From an uncultured Sulfuricurvum sp. (GTDB taxonomy: Bacteria > Campylobacterota > Campylobacteria > Campylobacterales > Sulfurimonadaceae), in contig CAZKJU010000002.1 in the NCBI GenBank assembly GCA_964553185.1, positions 1,281 through 65,280 of the forward strand: DNA of 64,000 nucleotides, read 5' to 3'. The position numbers and the translations under genes were made by a program. Below, piece by piece: positions 39,101-48,411 of the stretch; position 1 is the stretch's first letter; each line of letters starts with the position of its first letter. The notes under the pieces were generated by a model, which saw nothing but the letters and a program-made list of their open reading frames with translations, was not told the origin of the DNA and did not search any database.

Positions 39101-39671
39101 GCATCAAATCGCACGTTGGGCAGATCAGGAAATGTTTAAAGATTTGACGGTAGCAGTCAATGTGAGCGCTCGTCAGTTTAAACAGAGCAGTTTTGTTGAT
39201 GAAGTGATAACTCTCCTGCGTGAAACCGGGGCTGATCCAAAACGGTTAAAACTTGAACTGACCGAGAGTTTGTTGGTTGATAATATCGAAGAAGTGATCG
39301 TAAAAATGGATACGCTAAAAGAGTTCGGGGTCCGATTTTCTCTGGATGATTTTGGAACAGGGTATTCATCTCTTTCCTATCTTAAACGTCTTCCGCTCGA
39401 TCAGCTAAAAATCGATCAAAGTTTTGTACGTGATATTTTGAGTGATCCCAATGATGCAATAATCTGTAAATCGACAATCGCCCTTTCTCAGAGCATGGGA
39501 CTATCCGTTATTGCTGAGGGGGTTGAGACGGCGGAACAGCTCGAGATACTCCGTTCTTTTGGATGTGGTGCATATCAGGGGTACTATTTTAGTCCTCCGA
39601 TACCTTTGGTCAAATTTGAAGCCTTTCAAAAGAGTTCGGGTGCAGTTGAATCAAAAAGTGAGATGTTATGA
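36114..39671 (+). CDS. dCache + 3 PAS + GGDEF + EAL protein
   Basis: LLRVHNP...GD Cache motif; three PAS ending in DIT; RLGGDEF (I-site position reads REGE); EVLVR, DDFGTG. True start may be ATG 36159 or 36180. Confidence 0.92.
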   Translation: MKVKKSLLWQSYDRTMIQPKPLMRRLMFPLALLIILSSIGVGIFLYQQHRHYLHDTFKRSISELNHDKERLLAEQTSALSLSIKTISNDPDVQKALRNKDSNTLLQQWQEVFQKMKEENKVTHFYFMDTARVCLLRVHNPPKKGDTINRFTALEAEWTRKTSSGIEVGPMGMLTLRVVQPIIVDNELIGYIEMGKEIEDVLHQLHFQSDVELFLVLNKDILERSAWEEGMRLLDREPDWNLLKNQALIYATDQKIPYAIADKMNYWLVSEHIHDNPDTEVYVEGSTFRIAMTPLKDVSGKAVGDIFILHNVTNENVEFFDSVSIGVVTALGLIGMLLGFTYFLLRKTDEGIENQQRYLHESQQRLEQLARHSRTIAWEVNEEGVYTYISDIVYEVLGYSADELIGTYFYDLHPINGREEFKQNAFEVFKRKMSFSNLKNRVVSKEGKTIWVMTNGIPLLSSDGRLLGYRGNDTDITEWQKAEDAIIESRNLLDNIIDTIPIRVFWKNRSLRYLGCNTLFAHDAGLQSPSELIGKDDYQMGWSEQADLYRADDRAIISSGESKLFYEEEQTTPNGEKIWLSTSKIPLKNNNGEIFGVLGIYEDITQRKVFEKILRQNTEMLNEAQHFARMGSWSLDLRENTLMWSNEVYRIFEVDSEKFDANYETFLNRIHPEDRDLVNSAYMTSLSARQPYEVTHRLLMEDGRIKWVHESGMSEFDSDGKPLRSMGTVQDITERKFAEEEINRLAFFDSLTQLPNRTLLIDRLNQALVVSVRDKQFGALLFIDLDNFKTLNDTLGHAMGDMLLQQSSRRLLSCIREGESVARLGGDEFVVLLTGLGSEEKNAAALCEAIGKNILSLLNEPYELDGIPYQSTASMGITLFNSDSVSEDELMKQADLAMYKSKEIGRNSLSFFDPKMESSLKERASLEEEIRKGIEEEQFLLYYQPQVLQDGTTYGAEVLVRWNHPQRGVVSPAEFIPIAEETGLILPLGQWILKTAMHQIARWADQEMFKDLTVAVNVSARQFKQSSFVDEVITLLRETGADPKRLKLELTESLLVDNIEEVIVKMDTLKEFGVRFSLDDFGTGYSSLSYLKRLPLDQLKIDQSFVRDILSDPNDAIICKSTIALSQSMGLSVIAEGVETAEQLEILRSFGCGAYQGYYFSPPIPLVKFEAFQKSSGAVESKSEML

Positions 39672-41479
39672 AGAATGCCAAACGCAAAATCATTTTTATT
39701 TTAAGCCTTTTGATTTTAACGGTCGCTTCGATTATCACCACGTATAATCTGTATCATGAATATGAAGAAAACGAACGGCGTTTGAGTGAAGCGCAAACCA
39801 ATGTTCTTCGTACCTACAATGAAACCCTCAAAGATTCGATTTCATTTTATCACTCACGGGCTGAAGCCAATCTCCGATCACCCGGTGTAATGGACGCCTT
39901 TAGAAAAAAAGATCATGATAAACTCTACGAGCTTATTCGTCCGCGTTGGGGAGTTATGCAGCGTGAGAATCCATGGCTGATCGTGATGCAGTTTCATAAT
40001 GCGGACGGTACATCACTTCTTCGTCTCCATCAGCCTGGCGTATACGGTGATAGAATTGCCGATCAACGTCCAATGGTTGCCTATGCTCACAAAAGCGAGC
40101 AAAGTGTTTCCGGATTTGAAGAAGGTCGGCAGGGGTTGGCGTTTCGTATTTTGATCCCTGCATTTGATCGCGGGGTTTATATCGGATCGGTCGAATTCGG
40201 AATCTCAGCCCCATATTTTACCGACAAAATTCGCCGTTTTGCAGGGTATGAATCATTTTTCTTTGTCAATAAAGATGCTTTAGGAAAATTTGGTCGGGTA
40301 GGAAAAGCGATTGAGGTAGGAGTTTATAGAGGGGTCGAAATCGAAACGAATTATCGCTCGTTGATTGAAAAGTACGCAATGACGCATCATACCCTTGAGA
40401 ATGGTTTTTTATCCCATATGAACCTGACCTATGAAATCAATGTACTCAAAGTCAACAATTACATCGCCAAGCCGATCGGAGCGATTATGTTTCTCCGAGC
40501 AACCGATGATTTCAAAACACATGTTCGTCATATGATTATCGCTACGGGGATTATTGCTCTCGTATTGATTGCTATTATAGGATTGATCGTCGATCGAGTC
40601 TACACGTATGTAACATTCAAAATGAGTTTTCAAGAGCGGTATTCGCAAATGATCCTCGATTCAGTCCCTTCTCCGGTTATTGTTACCGACGGAGAACACT
40701 TGGTTGCAGCAAATAATTCGTTTTTGGGATATTTGCATTATGATAATGTAGAAGCTTTCAAAAAAGATCATGAGTGTGTCTGTGAGTATTTTGAAGAGGG
40801 TGATACGGATGAATATTTGATGCCGATGCATGATGATCAGCGTTGGACTGAATATATGCTCGATCATCCTCTCAAAACGCATAAAGCAAAAATTACGAAC
40901 GAGGGAAATACTACTGTATTTGAGGTGCGCATTTCTGTGCTCAAAGTTAACGAAGAGGTTCGGTACGTTGTGATATTTAACGATATCTCAACGATGCAAT
41001 TACAGACAATGACCGATCCTTTGACACAGATCCCAAATCGTCTCCATTTTGCTATGGTCTATCAGCATATTATCCAAGTGGCAAAACGGGGAAATAAATC
41101 TTTGAGTCTTCTCTTTTTTGATATCGACCATTTTAAAGATGTCAACGACCATCACGGTCATCTCGTCGGAGATGTGGTGCTGAAACAGATTGCGGCTCTT
41201 GTATCTCAGCGGATCCGCCGTAGTGATATTGTCGCCCGCTGGGGAGGAGAAGAGTTCGTTTTGCTACTCCCGGATACTGATTTGGACGAAGCAATCAAAG
41301 TTGCGGAAATGCTTAGAAATGTTATTGATAAAAAAGTTTTTGAGCATGTAGGAAATATCACCTGTTCATTCGGTGTAGCACAACTCGAAGAGGACGAAGA
41401 TGGAGAACATTTGCTTAATCGTGCCGATGGACTCCTTTATGAATCAAAAATGAATGGACGAAACAGGGTAACATCTTAA
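39668..41479 (+). CDS. dCache + PAS + GGDEF diguanylate cyclase
   Basis: LLRLHQP..YGD, RRSD, RWGGEEF; 4-nt overlap with the upstream gene. Confidence 0.92.
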   Translation: MKNAKRKIIFILSLLILTVASIITTYNLYHEYEENERRLSEAQTNVLRTYNETLKDSISFYHSRAEANLRSPGVMDAFRKKDHDKLYELIRPRWGVMQRENPWLIVMQFHNADGTSLLRLHQPGVYGDRIADQRPMVAYAHKSEQSVSGFEEGRQGLAFRILIPAFDRGVYIGSVEFGISAPYFTDKIRRFAGYESFFFVNKDALGKFGRVGKAIEVGVYRGVEIETNYRSLIEKYAMTHHTLENGFLSHMNLTYEINVLKVNNYIAKPIGAIMFLRATDDFKTHVRHMIIATGIIALVLIAIIGLIVDRVYTYVTFKMSFQERYSQMILDSVPSPVIVTDGEHLVAANNSFLGYLHYDNVEAFKKDHECVCEYFEEGDTDEYLMPMHDDQRWTEYMLDHPLKTHKAKITNEGNTTVFEVRISVLKVNEEVRYVVIFNDISTMQLQTMTDPLTQIPNRLHFAMVYQHIIQVAKRGNKSLSLLFFDIDHFKDVNDHHGHLVGDVVLKQIAALVSQRIRRSDIVARWGGEEFVLLLPDTDLDEAIKVAEMLRNVIDKKVFEHVGNITCSFGVAQLEEDEDGEHLLNRADGLLYESKMNGRNRVTS

Positions 41480-41525
41480 ATAATAAGAGTATGATTACAG
41501 TATAGAAAAAAAGGATAGTGACAAG

Positions 41526-42554
41526 TTGCCTAAAGTTATTCGAAGAGTTATAAATCATAGATATATGGCGATAAAGCCAACATTTTTAGTGGTTGATACT
41601 ATTATTGATTTCGATTGTTTTATTAAACGATATGATGATTTTGTTATCATCATTGAAAGCGGGACGCTGATTACAGCTGAGCTATCACATAAAGTGCAAC
41701 AAAATGAGAAAATCTATATTTTGAAGCACGACAGTGAAAAAGTACAAATCTATAAACATAGGTATGGTTCAAATGAATATACCATTTCACTAAAGGATGA
41801 GGGACTAGAGTCACTTGATGTGATGAATCTCAAAGAAAAAATTGAGTCATTGCCGAACTATGAAAAAAAGCTGGAGCTGGTCTATCAAACAACTGTATCG
41901 TTACTAAAGCGTATTTTTGAGGGAAAAAGTGAAACATTGCCGATTGAGGAGATTAAACTCTGTGTCGAGTCGATTATTCGCTGCATTGATTCTACCAATA
42001 TTCCTGTAATGCCGGAAGTATTACGTTTAATGCCAGATGAATACTCGACGCATCATCATAGTACCAATGTAGCTATCTTTGCAACCATTATAGGCAAATC
42101 GATCGGTATTGGCAAATCAGATTTATTCGATTTAACCTATGCAGGTTTGATGCACGATATCGGTAAAATTAGAATTGATCAGATGCTGCTGCTCAAGCCT
42201 TCTGCATTAGATGATCATGAGTACGAACTCGTGCAAAATCATTCAAGTTATGGTGTAGAAATATTGCAAAACAATGGGATTGAAAATCAAAAAATTCTTG
42301 ATGCTATCCGTTATCATCACGAAAAGCTAAACGGCAAAGGGTATCCGGATCAATTACGTGGTAAACGTATCCCAAAGTTTGCCCGTATTATAGGGATGTG
42401 CGATGTTTTTGATGCATTGACGACACGCCGCACCTATCGCCTCAATTACACCAGTTATGAAGCACTTGTCCTTATGAAACAAGAGATGGCGGATCAGTTT
42501 GATGTTCTTTACAGTGATACATTTATCCGTCTATTGGGATCAAAAAAGAATTAG
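41526..42554 (+). CDS. HD-GYP c-di-GMP phosphodiesterase
   Basis: HSTNVA, MHDIGK, HHEKLNGKGYP, DVFDAL. Confidence 0.92.
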   Translation: MPKVIRRVINHRYMAIKPTFLVVDTIIDFDCFIKRYDDFVIIIESGTLITAELSHKVQQNEKIYILKHDSEKVQIYKHRYGSNEYTISLKDEGLESLDVMNLKEKIESLPNYEKKLELVYQTTVSLLKRIFEGKSETLPIEEIKLCVESIIRCIDSTNIPVMPEVLRLMPDEYSTHHHSTNVAIFATIIGKSIGIGKSDLFDLTYAGLMHDIGKIRIDQMLLLKPSALDDHEYELVQNHSSYGVEILQNNGIENQKILDAIRYHHEKLNGKGYPDQLRGKRIPKFARIIGMCDVFDALTTRRTYRLNYTSYEALVLMKQEMADQFDVLYSDTFIRLLGSKKN

Positions 42555-42601
42555 AAAAAATCAGATCGCTTTTAAGAGGGTCTATATTCTGAGACTTAAT
42601 G

Positions 42602-42746
42602 TGGTAGAATGTCACCATTATTCGCGCCTACGGTTGGCGCTTTTGACGAACTTGCGTAAACTGCACTTTTCACCCTATTTTCCCCTTGCCTAAAACCGTC
42701 CTCAGTTGCGACTTTGGTTGGGCCTAACCACCAAAGGAACTTCTGT
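42602..42746 (+). promoter_or_regulatory. Extended -10 promoter and long structured 5' leader of the DEAD-box helicase gene
   Basis: TGGTAGAAT at 42602-10; hairpin GCGCC/GGCGC at 42624-40; CTTTGG (42712-17) can pair with CCAAAG (42731-36), which overlaps the SD AAAGGA. Confidence 0.55.
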
Positions 42747-44036
42747 ATGACATTCAATGATTTAAACCTCAACGGCTCGTTGCTCAAAGCAATCACAGAC
42801 CAAGGCTACAACACACCTACACCGGTTCAAGCCCAAGCGATCCCGTTTATTCTAGAAGGGCGTGATATGCTCGCAGGAGCACAAACCGGTACGGGTAAAA
42901 CCGCCGGATTTACGTTACCGTTGCTTCAGCTTCTGAGTGAGAAAAAAAACAGTAAATCGCATCGTAAAATTCGTGCCCTTATCCTCACTCCGACACGCGA
43001 ACTTGCGGCACAGGTCGGGGAGAGCGTCAAACTTTACGGCAAATATCTCCCTCTCAAAAGTGCCGTAATTTTCGGCGGGGTAGGGATTAACCCTCAAATC
43101 ACGATGCTTAGGGGCGGTATCGATATCCTCGTAGCCACTCCGGGACGTTTGCTCGATCATGTCTCACAAGGGACGGTTGATCTGAGTGCGGTCGAAATTT
43201 TCGTCCTTGATGAAGCCGATCGTATGCTTGATATGGGATTTATCCGTGACATTAAACGCTTAATTAGCATCCTCCCGAAAACACGTCAAAATCTCCTTTT
43301 CTCCGCTACCTACTCCGATGAGATCAAAACACTTGCCAATACCTTGCTCCGTAACCCTGCCGAAGTCGAAGTGGCACGCCGAAATACCTCCAGCGAGCTG
43401 GTGAGTCAAAGTGTCATTCTGGTCGATTGCAAACGTAAAAGTGCCCTTTTAGGTGAGCTGATCGGCAAAAATAAATGGGAACAAGTTCTCGTCTTTACCC
43501 GTACCAAACACGGTGCCAACAAATTGACCGAATATTTTCAAAAAATCGGGATCACTGCCGCCGCAATTCACGGGAACAAAAGCCAAGCGGCCCGTACTAA
43601 AGCTCTCGATGATTTCAAAAAAAGTGCTGTCCGCGTTTTGGTTGCGACCGATATCGCCGCGCGTGGGATCGATATCGATGCCCTCCCTCATGTCGTTAAT
43701 TTCGAACTCCCGAATATCGCGGAGGATTATGTACACCGTATCGGACGTACAGGGCGTGCGGGATGTGAGGGGGAGGCACTTTCACTTGTCTGCGTCGATG
43801 AAGCCGATTATTTGCGCGGTATTGAAAAATTGATCAATAAAAAACTCCCTTCACGCATCGTAGAGGGGTATGAACCTGATCCATCAATCAAAGCCGAACC
43901 GATTCAAAGAGGCCGTGGTGGTGGAGGCGGAAATCGTGGCGGTAACGGCGGTAGAGATCGCAGTGGAAAACCGATGCAAAAGCGTGATGGCGGACATCAT
44001 GAGGCTAAAAAACGTAACCATGATAAGCACCATTAA
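42747..44036 (+). CDS. rhlE: DEAD-box ATP-dependent RNA helicase (RhlE-like)
   Basis: [36 protein letters not shown]; Gly/Arg-rich tail. ATG 42747 follows AAAGGA. Confidence 0.93.
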   Translation: MTFNDLNLNGSLLKAITDQGYNTPTPVQAQAIPFILEGRDMLAGAQTGTGKTAGFTLPLLQLLSEKKNSKSHRKIRALILTPTRELAAQVGESVKLYGKYLPLKSAVIFGGVGINPQITMLRGGIDILVATPGRLLDHVSQGTVDLSAVEIFVLDEADRMLDMGFIRDIKRLISILPKTRQNLLFSATYSDEIKTLANTLLRNPAEVEVARRNTSSELVSQSVILVDCKRKSALLGELIGKNKWEQVLVFTRTKHGANKLTEYFQKIGITAAAIHGNKSQAARTKALDDFKKSAVRVLVATDIAARGIDIDALPHVVNFELPNIAEDYVHRIGRTGRAGCEGEALSLVCVDEADYLRGIEKLINKKLPSRIVEGYEPDPSIKAEPIQRGRGGGGGNRGGNGGRDRSGKPMQKRDGGHHEAKKRNHDKHH

Positions 44037-44125
44037 AAGTTTTTAGAATTATAAGGAAAAATTTTATCTTTTCGGGTGTAAAATAAACAATGAGCTCATT
44101 AGATGAGTAGAAAGTTGGTTTTTGG

Positions 44126-46393
44126 ATGATGATACGTTTTTTCATTATTTGTAGTATGCTGGTTTCCATTTTAAATGCAGCAGTACTGGAAAAAGTATCT
44201 ATTCAGCTCGATTGGAAATATCAGTTTGAGTACGCCGGTTACATCGCCGCAAAAGAGAAAGGGTTCTACCGTGATGCGGGCTTGGATGTTGAACTGCGCG
44301 AATACAACGCAGGTATAGATGTCGTCACGAATGTTCTCAACCGCAAATCGACCTATGGGGTCTATAACAGCAGTATCGTTATCAACAATGGTCGCATCCG
44401 CCCTATCGTTTTGATGGCAACCTATCTTCAACACTCTCCTCTCGTGATCGTAGCTCAAAAAAATATCGATTCACCTGCTTCACTGATCGGAAAAACGATC
44501 ATGGGAACCCACAATGAATTCCAGCATAGCTCTTTATCGCTCCTCCTTGCCCATTTTGGGATCACCTCTCATAATACCCATCTGATCGATCATACCTTTA
44601 CGATCGATCCGTTCGTCGAACGTCGTGTTGAAGCTATGAGTGCCTATCGCTCTAACCAGCTTTATGAACTCGATCGTCTCAAAATCCCCTATGAAATTAT
44701 CGATCCGGTTGAATATGGGTTTGTGATGAATGCCGGGAACCTTTTTACCTCCTATGCTGAAACCATCGAACATTCCGAGCGGGCTGAGAGGTTTATCGAG
44801 GCCACCAATCGGGGATGGGCGTATGCCATCGAACATCCGGGGGAAATCATTGATATCCTCAAAAAGCGATACGGTGTTGCCAAATCGTATGAAGCGCTTG
44901 CCTATGAGGCGACAGTGATCCAAAAACTGATGATGTCTGATTTGTACCGGATCGGTGAAACGAATGCCGAATTGACTCAGCGTCTTTTTAAACAACTTGT
45001 CCGTGCGGGGATTATTCGCGAGGATCAGAAATTAGGGCAGTTTTTGTTTAGCGATATCGTGGCAAGTTCTCAAAAATCATTTCCATTGAGCGGTTCTGAA
45101 AAAGACTATATTGCCCACAAACGGGTAATCAAAATGTGCGTCGATCCTGAATGGCACCCGTTTGAAGCGATCAAAGAGGGCAATCACATCGGAATTGCCG
45201 CCGATGTGATGAAAACGTTTGAACAAAAACTCGGAATTCCGATCGAGTTGGTTCCAACGGCATCGTGGGATGAATCACTTCAGTTGGCCCAAAAGCGCCA
45301 ATGTGATCTCCTCTCTTTGGCTTCACCTACCCCAAGCCGTTTAAAATATCTCGATTTTACTTCTCCTTATATCACATTGCCGATTGTCATGGCGACGACG
45401 ATGGATAAACCCTTTATCGGGGATATCGCAACACTCAAAGGTGAAAAAATAGGGGTAGTAAAGGGGTATTCGATCACCGAAAAACTTAAATCCCTCTATC
45501 CTGAATTGCAACTCGTAGAGGTCAAAACCATCACCGAGGGGCTGGACAAAGTCCAAAATGGCGAAATTTACGGTTATATCGATAATCTGATGGTGGTATC
45601 TTCCTATATCCAAAAAGAATATACCGGAATGCTCAAAGTCTCTTCAAGGCTCGATGACAAGGTGGAGTTGGGGGTGGCAACCCGAAATGATGAGCCGATG
45701 CTCCACGATATTTTCCAAAAAATGGTTTCGCAGATGGATGATCAAACCATGCAGAGCATCTATAACCGCTGGACATCGACAATCGAGCAGGTGGCATGGA
45801 TCGATAAAAATAAAGTGTTTCAGGCACTTGGGATATTGGCGCTTATCGTGGCGGGATTTGCCTGGCACACCTATGAGCTTAGACGATATAATAAAAAGCT
45901 CCTTGAACTTTCCATCACCGACAAGCTTACTGGGCTTTTTAACCGTCAGAAAACCGATCATGGTTTGATTGAAGAACATCGGAAAATGGAACGCTATGCT
46001 GATTATAACTGTAGTATAATGTTGATAGATGTTGATTTATTTAAGCACGTCAACGATACGTACGGACATCAGATTGGGGATCGGGTTTTGCAGCAGATAG
46101 CGGATCTATTAAAAGTATCACTTCGAAATACCGATATCATCGGTCGGTGGGGCGGTGAAGAGTTTATGGTTATTTTGCCTCACACTACTAAAGATCAAGC
46201 GTTGAACGCAGCGGAAAACCTCCGAGAGTGTGTCGAAAAGTTCGATTTCAATCTCGATTTTCCCATCACCGTAAGTATTGGAGCAGGGGAGATGGATCGA
46301 TCACAAAGTGTACACGAAAATATCACCCGAATCGATACGGCACTTTACGATGCGAAAAACAGTGGAAGAAACAAGATCTATTTCGCGGGTTAA
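44126..46393 (+). CDS. Diguanylate cyclase with NMT1/THI5-like and SBP_bac_3 periplasmic binding domains
   Basis: LDWKYQFEYAGYIAAKEKGFY; CVDPEWHPFE..GIAAD; TM; RNTD, RWGGEEF. Confidence 0.92.
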   Translation: MMIRFFIICSMLVSILNAAVLEKVSIQLDWKYQFEYAGYIAAKEKGFYRDAGLDVELREYNAGIDVVTNVLNRKSTYGVYNSSIVINNGRIRPIVLMATYLQHSPLVIVAQKNIDSPASLIGKTIMGTHNEFQHSSLSLLLAHFGITSHNTHLIDHTFTIDPFVERRVEAMSAYRSNQLYELDRLKIPYEIIDPVEYGFVMNAGNLFTSYAETIEHSERAERFIEATNRGWAYAIEHPGEIIDILKKRYGVAKSYEALAYEATVIQKLMMSDLYRIGETNAELTQRLFKQLVRAGIIREDQKLGQFLFSDIVASSQKSFPLSGSEKDYIAHKRVIKMCVDPEWHPFEAIKEGNHIGIAADVMKTFEQKLGIPIELVPTASWDESLQLAQKRQCDLLSLASPTPSRLKYLDFTSPYITLPIVMATTMDKPFIGDIATLKGEKIGVVKGYSITEKLKSLYPELQLVEVKTITEGLDKVQNGEIYGYIDNLMVVSSYIQKEYTGMLKVSSRLDDKVELGVATRNDEPMLHDIFQKMVSQMDDQTMQSIYNRWTSTIEQVAWIDKNKVFQALGILALIVAGFAWHTYELRRYNKKLLELSITDKLTGLFNRQKTDHGLIEEHRKMERYADYNCSIMLIDVDLFKHVNDTYGHQIGDRVLQQIADLLKVSLRNTDIIGRWGGEEFMVILPHTTKDQALNAAENLRECVEKFDFNLDFPITVSIGAGEMDRSQSVHENITRIDTALYDAKNSGRNKIYFAG

Positions 46394-46421
46394 CCATTAA
46401 CACAAGGATCGGTAACGCAAG

Positions 46422-48407
46422 ATGCTCGAATCAGAAGAGTTAAAGTCCCATTTCACGAAACGTTATGTTGTCGCTATAGGGATTATTGCTGTTCTCTCTT
46501 CCATCACATTTTTTACCCTCCATTTTGCATTTAAACTTTCTGATTCAACGGCATTGATTGTAAATATTGCGGGAAAACAACGGATGCTTTCCCAGCGAAT
46601 TGCTTCATTGAGTCTTCATTATCAAATTCATCTCTACAATGCCCAAAAACCAGATATCCAAAAGATACGATTTGACTTAGAAGAGATGATTGTACAGATG
46701 GAGTCAGCCAATGAAAACCTCTCTTCCGGTCATCTGAATTCAGGAGTTATCCTAGAACTTTCACCCGCTATAAGGGAGATCTATTTTGGAGATATGGCAC
46801 TTAAAAATCGTGTTGATGAGTATTTGCGTCTTGCCAATCAAGTTTTGCATGAAGATAAACCTGAAAAACTGTACGTATTAACCCACCACCTCGCTCTCCA
46901 AGCCGAATCGTTACTCCCCGATTTGAATGAGGCAGTCTTGCAGTACCAAAAAGAGGGGGAAGAACATCTGGCACTTGTCAAATCGATAGAAACAGCGGCA
47001 TTTCTCCTCACTTTGCTGACTCTCATGCTCGAAGTGATTTTTATCTTTCAACCGATGGCACATAAGCTTCAAGAGCTTTTTAGAGAACTTAAATGGAATC
47101 AGGAACATTTGGAAAACGAGATTGAGAAACGTACCCTTAGTTTAGAACAGAGCAACTATCGATTGCAACAGTTGGCTTCTCATGATCCTTTAACAGGTTT
47201 AAAAAACCGTTTAAATCTTGAACATGACCTCGAAAACCTGATTGATCATTATCAGCAGCATCGAGTTGCTTTTGCGGTTGCATTGGTCGATATTGATTGG
47301 TTCAAAAAAATCAACGATACTTATGGGCACGAAATTGGCGATAGTGTTCTCAAAGATCTCTCCCAATTGATCCTTTCGCATGTCCGTTCCGAAGATAGTG
47401 CCTACCGTGTAGGGGGAGAAGAGTTTGTTATTATTTTCAATCGGATTGAAGAGTATGTTGTTGTGGAGAAAATCGAGATTCTTCGTCAATTGGTTGAAAA
47501 TCATCTCTTCCAATACGGTGATCTAACAATTAAAGTGACGATCAGCGGTGGTGTTTATCATCCAAAATGGGCCAAAGCTGATACGGTACAGTTGATTTTA
47601 AAATATGCTGATGACGCATTGTATGAAGCGAAACGCTCCGGAAGAAATAAAATTATCACAGTAAAAGGGAACCTTATCGGTGCGGCTAATCCCGATTTTC
47701 TTGCAAAAATGGTTATTTCGGCACAATTGGATAAACCTTTTAAGATCCTCTATGCCGATTTTGACATTATCGATCTTTTGGGTTATTCCAACGATGTTTT
47801 GATCAAAGGGGATATGGGGTGGGATGAACTCCTTTATCTCGATAATATCGATTTTCTTGAAAAATTAGAACAAAAAGAGCCTTTTATGACGACATGCCGT
47901 ATCCGTCACGGATTGGGATACATCAAAATCCTCAAATTTGATTGTACGCCATGTGAGGAGAGTTGGCGCATAGAGATTCAAGATCCGATATTGCTCGCTA
48001 AATCGGTAGAAGATAGGATGATAGTTGAAAATTTTGATGCGATGATGAACAACAGCGATGATTTTATCTATTTCAAAGACCGATTTCATGTCTTTACCGG
48101 TGCGAGTAAAACTCTTGTCCGATTAACGAATGTCCTCAAAAAAGAGGATTTGATCGGAAAAACCGATTATGAAGTGTTTCCGACTGAATTTGCCGATCAC
48201 TACTTTAAACTCGAAAAAGAGGTCTTTAGCGGCGATATCGAGGTTGCACAGGAGATACAGCCTTATTTGGATAACAGCGGACATGCAGGGTGGGTCGATA
48301 ATCGAAAATACCCGATCAAAAACAGTAATGGAGAGATTATTGGACTTTTCGGGATTGCCCGTATCGTTCTTGAATCCACCGAATTAAAAAGGATAAAGAG
48401 TGATTAG
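46422..48407 (+). CDS. NarX/PilJ-type sensor + GGDEF + C-terminal PAS domains
   Basis: P-box-like VNIAGKQRMLSQRI; RSED, RVGGEEF; C-terminal IYFKD...IGKTDYE...IIGLFGIAR. Confidence 0.88.
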   Translation: MLESEELKSHFTKRYVVAIGIIAVLSSITFFTLHFAFKLSDSTALIVNIAGKQRMLSQRIASLSLHYQIHLYNAQKPDIQKIRFDLEEMIVQMESANENLSSGHLNSGVILELSPAIREIYFGDMALKNRVDEYLRLANQVLHEDKPEKLYVLTHHLALQAESLLPDLNEAVLQYQKEGEEHLALVKSIETAAFLLTLLTLMLEVIFIFQPMAHKLQELFRELKWNQEHLENEIEKRTLSLEQSNYRLQQLASHDPLTGLKNRLNLEHDLENLIDHYQQHRVAFAVALVDIDWFKKINDTYGHEIGDSVLKDLSQLILSHVRSEDSAYRVGGEEFVIIFNRIEEYVVVEKIEILRQLVENHLFQYGDLTIKVTISGGVYHPKWAKADTVQLILKYADDALYEAKRSGRNKIITVKGNLIGAANPDFLAKMVISAQLDKPFKILYADFDIIDLLGYSNDVLIKGDMGWDELLYLDNIDFLEKLEQKEPFMTTCRIRHGLGYIKILKFDCTPCEESWRIEIQDPILLAKSVEDRMIVENFDAMMNNSDDFIYFKDRFHVFTGASKTLVRLTNVLKKEDLIGKTDYEVFPTEFADHYFKLEKEVFSGDIEVAQEIQPYLDNSGHAGWVDNRKYPIKNSNGEIIGLFGIARIVLESTELKRIKSD

Positions 48408-48411
48408 AGGT

